From Candidatus Saccharimonadota bacterium (GTDB lineage Bacteria > Patescibacteriota > Saccharimonadia > Saccharimonadales > Saccharimonadaceae), in the NCBI GenBank assembly GCA_001029695.1, contig CP011211.1:450001-482000 (forward strand): 32,000 nucleotides of DNA. The letters run 5' to 3'. Within the stretch, counting starts at the first letter, position 1, and every line of letters starts with the position of its first letter. Position numbers and translations under genes: made by a program. The notes below the pieces were generated by a model, which saw only the letters and a program-made list of their open reading frames with translations, did no database searches and was not told where the DNA came from. This document shows positions 24,681 through 32,000 of the stretch, piece by piece.

Positions 24681-27143
24681 TTAGTTATTCCTCTGGCTAT
24701 TTCCGTTATTTGCTCCTGGGCCGGTTGAGCCAGACGCCGTGACCGTATGCGAAACCGATGATGATGAGCTAGTGTAGGCCGATGTGTCTTCAGGAGTGAA
24801 TTCAGCAGTAATTGTATGCGGGCCGACAGTAAGCGAACTAGTGGTAAATGAAGCGCTTCCACCACTTGCTGTCACAACGCTCAGTGTTGAGCCTCCATCT
24901 TTAAATGTTACCGTGCCTTTTACTGCCGATGTGAGCAGTGCGCTAAAGGTAACAGACGTACCAAGCGTTGAGCTACCAGACGGCGATGAGGTAACGCTAA
25001 TTTTTGTTGCGACCGGCGTAGATTCTTCAGATTCAGTATCTTCTTCTCGATCTTTCTTTTCCTCTGTTTTGTTTTCAGTTGGCTTGACCGAGCAAGACGA
25101 GGAGGGAAGACTTGTCGAGATAAAATATTCGGTGCGTGTTTTTCCTGCAACTGCAGCATCCGCGAGACTACCGTCTGCACAGATATTCTTTTGAACGATA
25201 CCTCGCGCCATAGGAAAGTCAGTTGAGCTCACGTCAGCAAGCACCTTGCCCATTGCCTTTGTCCAGATTGGGCCAGCCATTCCAGCGCCACCGTTTGTCA
25301 TTGTCGTATTGTCATTATTGCCAACCCATACACCTATCGCAATCTGCGGAGTATAGCCAATTGTCCATGCGTCACGAGAATCATCAGTCGTCCCAGTCTT
25401 TACAGCAGCCTTAATAGTTTTGTAGTTCTTGCCATAGACAGTCAGCGAATTACCAAACACAGTACTACGAGAGCTGCTATCGGAAAGTATATTCGAAATC
25501 AGGTATGCGCCTTGTTCACTTATAGCCTGGCTACTGTCATTCTTTGCGACAAACACCTTGTCGTTATACTTACTATTTATGCCCTTAATAGTTGATGTAT
25601 TATAACGCTGACCAGCATTGGCGAATCCGGAGTAGGCGCTCGTCATCTCGAGTAGAGGCACTTCAGCTGAACCGAGTGCTAGCGGGAGTCCGTACTCTTT
25701 TTTGCTATCAAGAGTTGTTATACCCATTCGCTTTGCTGCATCGATAGATTTATCAATCCCAAGCTGCTGCATGACTTTTATGGACGGGATATTGAGCGAC
25801 CAATTAAGCGCATTTCGTACTGTCACATCACCCCTAAACCTTCGGTCAGCATTCTGTGGTGCATAGCCACCAAACTCCGAGGCAGTCGGCTTAGTATCTT
25901 TTAGGATTGTTGCAGGCGTAATAACACCATCTGCTAACGCCTGGGCGTAATAAAGTGGCTTAAAACTACTCCCCGGCTGACGAGCAGTTGTTACCATATT
26001 TACTTTGCCGAACTTTTCATCTGACCAGTCATAGCTACCGACCAGCCCACGAATTTCACCAGTCGTTGGATCAATTGCAACTGCACTTGCATTACTGCCG
26101 CCGCCACGTCGAATCGTATTCATATTTCCAGCAACACTCTCTTGTAGCTGCCCCTGCAGTCCAGCATCGAGAGTTGTCGTTACCTGATAGCCACTACGCG
26201 TTACCTTTTCCTCGCCATACTTTTTATACAGCTCATTCATAACCATTTCCGTAAAGTGTGGCGCCTTACTGCTCTCGCTTGGTGATTTTACCTCGGCATA
26301 GACCAACTCTTCACCGAGCGCTGCATTCTTTTCTGCTTCAGTAATAGATCCATTCGCAACCATCCGTTTCAGTACCGTTCCCTGTCGCTCCTTAGCATAC
26401 TCAGGATTACCACTGATCGGCGAGTACGCACTTGGCGCCGGAAGAACCCCAATCAACATAGCACTCTCCGCTAAGCTCAGCTCCGCTGGAGATTTGTTGA
26501 AATATGTTTTTGCTGCGTCTTGTATCCCAAAAGAGTTCTCGCCGAAATACACCGAGTTTAAATACATACTTAAAATCTCATCTTTCGAGTATGTACGTTC
26601 GATCGCAATTGCAATTGATAGCTCCTGAAATTTACGGAGATAATTCTTATCACTTGAAAGTAGCGTGTTCTTAGCGAGCTGCTGCGTCAATGTCGAACCA
26701 CCAAATGATTTACCACCCGCGATAAAGTTCGCGTATACCGCACCCAACATACTTCCTAGTGAAAAACCGTCATGCTTGTAAAAGTTTTTATCTTCACTGG
26801 CGATCAGGGCTTTTTGCGTTGACGGAGCAATCTTATCGAGTCCAATTAACTCGCGGTGCTTCGCGCGCCCCTGACTATATATCTCAGTCTTTCCATCATT
26901 TGCGTACAACACAATACCCGTATTATTGCGATTCATTAGTCGTTCTTTGTTTGAAATGTCACGCGCAAAATATAGATATGTTGCAAGGGGAATAATAATT
27001 AAAATAACAAGTATCGGAACGACAATAACGGCAATTTTTTTCTTGAGACTCATCTCGCGCCACCAGCGAAATCCGCGACGTGCCTCACGTTTTGCCTGAC
27101 GCACTGGAGTCACGGGCTTTGTATATTTACCTTTACGAATCAT
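24681..27143 (-). CDS. Class A penicillin-binding protein (glycosyltransferase GT51 plus transpeptidase) with a C-terminal Ig-like domain
   Basis: GT51 motifs (ALIASEDKNFYKHDGF, GGSTLTQQLAKN, RKFQE). Transpeptidase motifs SSFKP, SLN (ALNWSLN) and KTGTT. The C-terminus VTFKDGGSTL...GPHTITAEFTPED resembles Big_3_5-type Ig repeats. Start set to ATG 27143 (MIRKGKYTK..., basic stretch plus TM helix) because TGcTATAAT lies 9 nt upstream. The ORF-track start 27305 would overlap rsgA. Confidence 0.9.
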   Translation of the reverse strand: MIRKGKYTKPVTPVRQAKREARRGFRWWREMSLKKKIAVIVVPILVILIIIPLATYLYFARDISNKERLMNRNNTGIVLYANDGKTEIYSQGRAKHRELIGLDKIAPSTQKALIASEDKNFYKHDGFSLGSMLGAVYANFIAGGKSFGGSTLTQQLAKNTLLSSDKNYLRKFQELSIAIAIERTYSKDEILSMYLNSVYFGENSFGIQDAAKTYFNKSPAELSLAESAMLIGVLPAPSAYSPISGNPEYAKERQGTVLKRMVANGSITEAEKNAALGEELVYAEVKSPSESSKAPHFTEMVMNELYKKYGEEKVTRSGYQVTTTLDAGLQGQLQESVAGNMNTIRRGGGSNASAVAIDPTTGEIRGLVGSYDWSDEKFGKVNMVTTARQPGSSFKPLYYAQALADGVITPATILKDTKPTASEFGGYAPQNADRRFRGDVTVRNALNWSLNIPSIKVMQQLGIDKSIDAAKRMGITTLDSKKEYGLPLALGSAEVPLLEMTSAYSGFANAGQRYNTSTIKGINSKYNDKVFVAKNDSSQAISEQGAYLISNILSDSSSRSTVFGNSLTVYGKNYKTIKAAVKTGTTDDSRDAWTIGYTPQIAIGVWVGNNDNTTMTNGGAGMAGPIWTKAMGKVLADVSSTDFPMARGIVQKNICADGSLADAAVAGKTRTEYFISTSLPSSSCSVKPTENKTEEKKDREEDTESEESTPVATKISVTSSPSGSSTLGTSVTFSALLTSAVKGTVTFKDGGSTLSVVTASGGSASFTTSSLTVGPHTITAEFTPEDTSAYTSSSSSVSHTVTASGSTGPGANNGNSQRNN

Positions 27144-27152
27144 TGTTTCTCT

Positions 27153-27161
27153 ATTATAGCA
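27153..27161 (-). promoter_or_regulatory. Extended -10 box TGcTATAAT, 9 nt upstream of ATG 27143
   Basis: Minus strand reads ttTGcTATAATagagaaacaATG. Confidence 0.45.
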
Positions 27162-27288
27162 AAAATCCCTGAAATAAGACTGAGAGTCCACCCCTAACCT
27201 GAACCAATAATCATCAGGATTCAGCGCAAAATAGTCACCGTTCAAAGGAGTAGTACCATATAATGACATATCCCTGTACACTAGAATA

Positions 27289-28377
27289 ATGAATACTCTT
27301 GACACCTTCGGCTGGAATAATGAGCACAGGCAGGACTGGGAAGCTTTAGAAGCTCCTCAGTTCTCACCAGCGCGCATCATTGCTGACTACGGTCGTCAGT
27401 ATAAAGTCGCGCTACCAGAAGAATGTATCGCACAGCTTTCAGGCGCCTTAACTCATAAACTAACCGCAAATGATATGCCAAAAATTGGCGACTGGGTAGC
27501 TGTCGAGCTAGCCGACAATCAACCCCCGATTATTCAAGCAGTGCTCCCACGATCAAGCGAAATCGTTCGTGGCCACGTAGGGAGGCAGCTTGATAAGCAA
27601 GTTATTGCCGCAAATGTCGACCTCGCTTTCATTATGCAGCCACTCGATCACGACTTCAGTCCAGAGCGTCTAGAGCGGTATATTTTTCAACTCTCGTCTC
27701 AAAATATTCGCGCAGTGATCCTGCTCAATAAAGCAGACAAAGCTCGCAATATAGAAGAAAAAAAACAGCAGCTCAAAGGTCTTGATACCGAGCTTGTCGT
27801 TATGAGCGCACTACACGATACCGACCTTTCGACCGTAGAGTCATTCATTACACCAGGAAAAACAATTGTAATCTTAGGCTCATCAGGTGCTGGAAAATCA
27901 ACACTGATAAATAAGCTTATAGGTCAAGAGCGTCAAGCAACTCAAGCCATTCGCGAGCGCGACTCTAAAGGCCGACATACTACCGTCCATCGTGAGCTAT
28001 TTGTACTACCAACTGGTGGTATGATTATTGATACGCCAGGTATCCGCGAACTACAGCTCTGGGGTAGCGTAGATGACCTCGAGCTGTCATTCCCAGAAAT
28101 ATTCGAAGCCGCAAGGCATTGCCATTTTAGAAACTGTTCGCATGATAGCGAAGCTGGCTGCGCCATAAAAGCAGGGCTGGAAAACGGAACAATTGATAAA
28201 AAGCGTTACCATGTGTATTGCAATTTTAAACAAGAGCTACAGAAGCTAGAAGATCGCCGTGGCTTTATAGAAAAACGTCGATTTGAACAAACAAAAGAGT
28301 CAGCAAAGCGACGACAGCGAAGACTACTCAGAAATGCCGAGGGCAGAGAGCGTAATGATCATCGCTACGAAAAGTAA
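27289..28377 (+). CDS. rsgA: Ribosome small-subunit-dependent GTPase A (RsgA/YjeQ)
   Basis: Circularly permuted GTPase order NKADK ... GSSGAGKSTLINKL ... DTPG, and the Zn finger CHFRNCSHDSEAGC. It carries a basic C-terminal tail. Confidence 0.9.
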   Translation: MNTLDTFGWNNEHRQDWEALEAPQFSPARIIADYGRQYKVALPEECIAQLSGALTHKLTANDMPKIGDWVAVELADNQPPIIQAVLPRSSEIVRGHVGRQLDKQVIAANVDLAFIMQPLDHDFSPERLERYIFQLSSQNIRAVILLNKADKARNIEEKKQQLKGLDTELVVMSALHDTDLSTVESFITPGKTIVILGSSGAGKSTLINKLIGQERQATQAIRERDSKGRHTTVHRELFVLPTGGMIIDTPGIRELQLWGSVDDLELSFPEIFEAARHCHFRNCSHDSEAGCAIKAGLENGTIDKKRYHVYCNFKQELQKLEDRRGFIEKRRFEQTKESAKRRQRRLLRNAEGRERNDHRYEK

Positions 28378-28408
28378 AAATAATCCCACATAGTAGCGGG
28401 ATTATTTT
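28377..28408. terminator. Bidirectional terminator hairpin between rsgA and the MMPL gene
   Basis: AAAATAATCCC-acatagtagc-GGGATTATTTT, starting at the last base of the rsgA TAA. Confidence 0.6.
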
Positions 28409-28419
28409 GTATAGTTGAA

Positions 28420-30819
28420 CTATTTTTTAGATTTCGGCGATGTTTCCTCGCCCTCAATTGATATATGAGGTACGATTCGATCAAGCCACTTCGGCAACCA
28501 CCATGCACTTTTTCCGAGTAGCGTCATCACTGCCGGTATGATCGTCATGCGAACAACAAAGGCATCAATCAAAATACCGACCGCCAATCCAAAGCCTATC
28601 GTCTGGATTGTTGCATCATGATTTGTGATAAAGCCTGCAAAAATTGCCACCATAATCGCTCCGGCTGCAGCAACTACTTTACTGCCAAGCCCAAACCCAC
28701 TTATAACTGCTTTTTTTGCATCACCTGTTCGTTGATATGCTTCGTGCATACTCGATACGAGGAAGAATTCGTAATCCATAGCAAGGCCAAACAATATGCC
28801 AATAGCAATGATTGGAATAAAGCTCACGATAGGGCCTGGCGCATCAGCAATACCGAACCAACCCCACTGGAAAACTGCCACCATCGCTCCAAACATTGCA
28901 AGAACAGAAAGGAGAAATCCGAGTGTTGCTTTGATCGGAACTAGGATTGAGCGAAACGCAACGACAAGTAGTACGAGCGATAGGCCAACGACGACCGCAA
29001 GGTACTCTGGTAATGCAGACGAGAGTTTCGCATTGATATCACCCTGCAAGGCAGTCGATCCCGTGACTGCGAAACTGACAGTATCACTTCCTGAAAGATT
29101 CTTCATAGTATCTGGCGCTCGAAGGTATTCGATCAAATCAAGTGTCTTCTGATCAGAAGGTGACGAACGTGGTATCACTTGGAGCGCGCCTTTTGTACCA
29201 TCATCGGTTACGAGTGCGGGCTGAACCTGCGCAATATCCTGATTATCCGTAAGCTTATCGGCTATCTTCTTTAGTTGATTATACTTAGCGTACTGCGAAA
29301 CAGCGCTTTCTATCTGTGCTTCAGCTGCGGCTTTTTTTGATTCGGCAGTAGATTGAGCAGCCGCAATATCCTGTTGCAACGATGCAGCCTCTTCCATAGT
29401 TGTCACCGATGCTGCACGCTGTGCAAATGACGCTTGCTGTTCGGCAATTTTTTGATTCATCTGTGCTATAAGTGGTGCACGTATTGCCTCCTTGTCACTT
29501 TCTGATACTGCAGGAAGTCCTTCAACAACAACGAGAAGCGGTCCGTTAAAGCCGGCTCCAAAACCACGGGATAGTAGGTCATATGCCTTTCGCTCAGTTG
29601 AGCTAGTCGCCGCATGCTCATCCGTCGGAAGCCCTAGATGGAGTTTTCCAACCGGTAATGCAACAATACCGATAAGTACGATGGCCGCGACAAGAATAGT
29701 GATCGGACGGCGAGTGATCGCTTCACCCCACCTGTACCAAATCGTTTTATGACTCACTGTGTGTGCATCGCGCGGACCACGAGCTTGCGCTTTTTCTATC
29801 GCTATTTTCGTCTTGCCACGGAAAATGCGGCTACCCGCAAATCCAAGCAATGCCGGTACGAGCGTTACTGCAACGACAGCAGCCACTGCAATTGTCGCCG
29901 CCCCTGCAAGTCCCATAGTAGACATAAATGGTATTTGGACGATCGTTAGCGCAGACAACGCAATCACCACAGTAGCAGCAGCAAAGATAACAGCATTGCC
30001 AGCAGTAGCAATGGATTTACCTGCCGCCTCTTTATAGCCATACCCTTCGAGGAGGTAACTACGATACTTGCTGATAATAAACAGTGAGTAGTCTATGCCA
30101 ACAGCGAGCCCAAGCATCACTGCAAGCACTGGTGTTGTTGCGCTAATATCAATTACTTGACCGAGTGAGAACAATCCTGCCATGCTTACACCCACAGCAA
30201 CAAGCGCCGTTACGATTGGCATACCAGCAGACAGCAAGGATCCGAGTGTCATCGCAAGTACGAGCAGCGCGAGAAGCACACCAGCCGCCTCACCAATACC
30301 TAAAATCTCTCCAGGTGCTTTATTGATGATATCTCCACCGACTTCAACCGTGAGGTTATTTGCGCGAGCCGACGAAACCAGTTTTTCGATCGCTTCCGTC
30401 GTTTCAGTTGGCACCGATCCGTTTTCATTTTTCAGTTGTACCTGTACATACGCAATTGTCTTATCTTCCGAAATCGCTGATGCGTTCTCAAATGGACTAA
30501 TCGCTGCCGACACGCCATCAACTTTTTTCACTTCATCTGCAAGTGATGTTATTTGTGGCGTAAAATCTGCGACAGTTTTACCTTCTGGACTAGCGACAAC
30601 TATTCGACCAGAGCCTTTTCCAGCGTCGGGGAATAACTCCGCCATGCGATCGATAGCTTTTTGCGCTTGAGTACCAGGAATACTAATCGCATTGCTTGTT
30701 GGCTTCATATTCATAGCAGCAAGTGAACCGAGTAGTGCCATAACTACCACCCATATCGACACGACCTGCCACTTATGCGTAAACGCATAATTCCCTAGTT
30801 TATGTAAAAAGTTTCCCAT
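28420..30819 (-). CDS. MMPL-family (RND superfamily) membrane transporter
   Basis: 799 aa: two 6-TM bundles each preceded by a large extracytoplasmic loop, with GIDYSLF and GLAMDYEFFL motifs typical of MMPL/YdfJ-type proteins. The second loop has an Ala/Gln-rich coiled-coil stretch. Confidence 0.85.
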   Translation of the reverse strand: MGNFLHKLGNYAFTHKWQVVSIWVVVMALLGSLAAMNMKPTSNAISIPGTQAQKAIDRMAELFPDAGKGSGRIVVASPEGKTVADFTPQITSLADEVKKVDGVSAAISPFENASAISEDKTIAYVQVQLKNENGSVPTETTEAIEKLVSSARANNLTVEVGGDIINKAPGEILGIGEAAGVLLALLVLAMTLGSLLSAGMPIVTALVAVGVSMAGLFSLGQVIDISATTPVLAVMLGLAVGIDYSLFIISKYRSYLLEGYGYKEAAGKSIATAGNAVIFAAATVVIALSALTIVQIPFMSTMGLAGAATIAVAAVVAVTLVPALLGFAGSRIFRGKTKIAIEKAQARGPRDAHTVSHKTIWYRWGEAITRRPITILVAAIVLIGIVALPVGKLHLGLPTDEHAATSSTERKAYDLLSRGFGAGFNGPLLVVVEGLPAVSESDKEAIRAPLIAQMNQKIAEQQASFAQRAASVTTMEEAASLQQDIAAAQSTAESKKAAAEAQIESAVSQYAKYNQLKKIADKLTDNQDIAQVQPALVTDDGTKGALQVIPRSSPSDQKTLDLIEYLRAPDTMKNLSGSDTVSFAVTGSTALQGDINAKLSSALPEYLAVVVGLSLVLLVVAFRSILVPIKATLGFLLSVLAMFGAMVAVFQWGWFGIADAPGPIVSFIPIIAIGILFGLAMDYEFFLVSSMHEAYQRTGDAKKAVISGFGLGSKVVAAAGAIMVAIFAGFITNHDATIQTIGFGLAVGILIDAFVVRMTIIPAVMTLLGKSAWWLPKWLDRIVPHISIEGEETSPKSKK

Positions 30820-30820
30820 C

Positions 30821-31162
30821 TTACTGCTCCTCGCATTGTTTTTTATCTATATACTGTTCGAACTGCTCCACCTGATCTACCAGCTCTCTCATTGGCTCGA
30901 CGTAGCGCTTGAAAGTTGGGTGATAATACCGCTTCGTGCCATCACGCTCCTCAACGATAAGCTCCGCCTCACGCAGTATCTTTATATGGTGCGACACTGC
31001 TGGACGCGAAAGTTTTGTTAAGTGAGTCAAGTCGCCAACACTCAATCGCACTTCGCGAGCAAGCAAAAGTAATATACCCTGTCTCGTCTCGTCACCGAGT
31101 GCATTAAATAATGGCCTAGTTCGCTCAAACACTTCTTTGTCTGGACAGTTTATTGTCGTCAT
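30821..31162 (-). CDS. ArsR/SmtB-family transcriptional regulator
   Basis: LFNALGDETRQGILLLLAREVRLSVGDLTHLTKLSRPAVSHHIKILREAELI is the ArsR winged HTH. The stop lies 1 nt from the MMPL ATG. Confidence 0.85.
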   Translation of the reverse strand: MTTINCPDKEVFERTRPLFNALGDETRQGILLLLAREVRLSVGDLTHLTKLSRPAVSHHIKILREAELIVEERDGTKRYYHPTFKRYVEPMRELVDQVEQFEQYIDKKQCEEQ

Positions 31163-31181
31163 AATTCTATACTACTCCTTT

Positions 31182-31199
31182 GGTTTAAAAATTTCAACC
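31182..31199. promoter_or_regulatory. Candidate ArsR operator (imperfect palindrome)
   Basis: GGTTTAAAAATTTCAACC (14/18 positions symmetric) in the divergent intergenic region. AATTTCA is also repeated at 31190-31196 and 31208-31214. Confidence 0.25.
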
Positions 31200-31222
31200 A
31201 ATAACTCAATTTCACTAAAAAT

Positions 31223-31231
31223 TGCTATACT
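31223..31231 (+). promoter_or_regulatory. Extended -10 box TGcTATACT for the 31253 gene
   Basis: atTGcTATACT, then a 21-nt leader containing AAGGAG (31242-31247), then ATG 31253. Confidence 0.45.
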
Positions 31232-31252
31232 AGAAAGATACAAGGAGCTACT

Positions 31253-31642
31253 ATGACGAATCAACTTACAAATTACATTCCAGGTGTATGCAACATCAAT
31301 CCCGTCGAAATCCGACGTCGCCGACAAGCAGGTCATATCGGCCTCGTGCTATCAGTTGTCGTTATTGTCGGGCTCATTGCACTCCACGCCCCATGGTACC
31401 TTCGTCTCGTTGCCTTTTTACCGCTCTTCCTATCAGCAACCGGCTATCTACAGGCTCGTCATAAATTCTGCGTCGGGTACGCTAGCGCAGGCATGCAACA
31501 CGCCGACGATGACAGCGCCGCTCTAAAGATTGACGACGCCTCAATGCGAAAAGCAGACACTCTAAAGGCACGTATGATCAATCTGCAGGCTTTTCTTATC
31601 GCAGCCGTCATCACCGGACTGATTGCACTACTCCCACTATAG
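31253..31642 (+). CDS. Small membrane protein, DUF2892 (YgaP transmembrane domain)-like
   Basis: 129 aa. NINPVEIRRRRQAGHIGL (N..x..E...R...G) plus two TM helices and ATGYLQARHKFCVGYASAG resemble the DUF2892 pattern, followed by an extra C-terminal TM helix. Strong SD. Family call is by eye only. Confidence 0.5.
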   Translation: MTNQLTNYIPGVCNINPVEIRRRRQAGHIGLVLSVVVIVGLIALHAPWYLRLVAFLPLFLSATGYLQARHKFCVGYASAGMQHADDDSAALKIDDASMRKADTLKARMINLQAFLIAAVITGLIALLPL

Positions 31643-31655
31643 ACACACGAGGCGA

Positions 31656-32000
31656 CTACAGCCCGCGAGACATCAGCGAGTGAGTGATCGCTGCAGCCAA
31701 CGCATCGGCGCAATCATCAGGCTTAGGCACTTCTTTTAGTCCGAGTTGCATTCGTACCATTTCCTGTACCTGTTTTTTATCTGCTTTGCCGTATCCAGTG
31801 AGTGTCTGCTTTATTTGCATAGGGGTGTATTCGGAAATCGGCAACCTACCTTTACGCCCGGCAAGCATTGCCACACCACGAGCATGCGACACGCTCATCG
31901 CTGTAGTGACATTCTGTCCAAAAAACAATTTCTCAATCGACATCACGTCCGGTTTAGTTTCTTCGATTATCTCAGTAAGGCCATCGTAGATATCTTCGAG
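31656..32000 (-). CDS. ruvC: Holliday junction resolvase RuvC; partial, N-terminus beyond the window edge
   Basis: The frame stays open to position 32000: ...LEDIYDGLTEIIEETKPDVMSIEKLFFGQNVTTAMSVSHARGVAMLA...GYGKADKKQVQEMV...PKPDDCADALAAAITH. The EKLFF and DDxADALA catalytic motifs are those of RuvC. The ORF-track Met at 31946 is internal. Confidence 0.9.
   Translation of the reverse strand, partial: LEDIYDGLTEIIEETKPDVMSIEKLFFGQNVTTAMSVSHARGVAMLAGRKGRLPISEYTPMQIKQTLTGYGKADKKQVQEMVRMQLGLKEVPKPDDCADALAAAITHSLMSRGL

Noticed and set aside
27144-27305. N-terminal 54-codon extension of the PBP ORF (ORF-track start 27305)
   Set aside because: The extension would overlap the divergent rsgA start (27289). 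It encodes a non-PBP-like sequence (MSRVFIILVYRDMSLYGTTPLNGDYF...) and contains the TGcTATAAT box that fits ATG 27143. The canonical basic-stretch-plus-TM N-terminus begins at M55.
30182-30670. 162-aa ORF antisense to the MMPL gene, plus other antisense ORFs in 28618-30037
   Set aside because: Their Ser/Thr/Ala/Pro-rich translations mirror the Ala/Gly/Val-rich TM segments of the MMPL protein. These are shadow ORFs.
1-32000. Alternative genetic code (UGA as a sense codon, as in some candidate phyla) or a CRISPR/defence island
   Set aside because: TGA terminates several well-defined genes exactly where homologous proteins should end (the acyltransferase-like gene, pilM, ruvB, marR). All conserved genes are intact under code 11. 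No repeat-spacer array, cas-like, nuclease/ATPase defence-type or mobile-element genes were seen.

Overview
Compact, almost fully coding 32-kb chromosomal segment. It uses the standard genetic code: TGA is a stop at 1402-1404, 17753-17755 and 23021-23023. Gene content suggests a reduced-genome, Gram-positive-type (monoderm) bacterium, possibly Patescibacteria/Saccharibacteria-like; that lineage call is inference only. In order along the window: partial bcp peroxiredoxin; an envelope-glycan block (acyltransferase-3-like protein, a GT-C glycosyltransferase, and a GtrA::GT-C fusion); tRNA-Pro(UGG); an AT-richer stretch (5.0-7.9 kb) with three orphan genes; marR translationally coupled to a 534-aa membrane protein of unknown family; a coiled-coil protein; Nudix hydrolase; RNase Y; tsaB (half-length) and tsaE; a secretin-less type IV pilus operon (pilB-pilC-pilM-pilN-pilO-like, a 98-aa TM protein, a tandem PRC-barrel protein); recX-recA; a type IV pilin; a bPH_2 membrane protein; ruvB, ruvA and a class A PBP with a C-terminal Ig-like domain on one strand; rsgA; an ArsR-MMPL pair; a DUF2892-like membrane protein; partial ruvC. 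No CRISPR array, transposase, integrase, rRNA or obvious defence enzymes were seen. Main observations: (1) two unassigned genes close the pilus operon; (2) the GtrA::GT-C fusion locus; (3) the marR-coupled membrane protein; (4) the tRNA-flanking orphan stretch; (5) a recurrent (TGn)TATA(A/C)T box 6-11 nt upstream of at least nine start codons (a tenth site, the 63-aa ORF, is ambiguous), implying leaderless mRNAs and changing several start calls. All family assignments rest on motifs read by eye. No database search was run.
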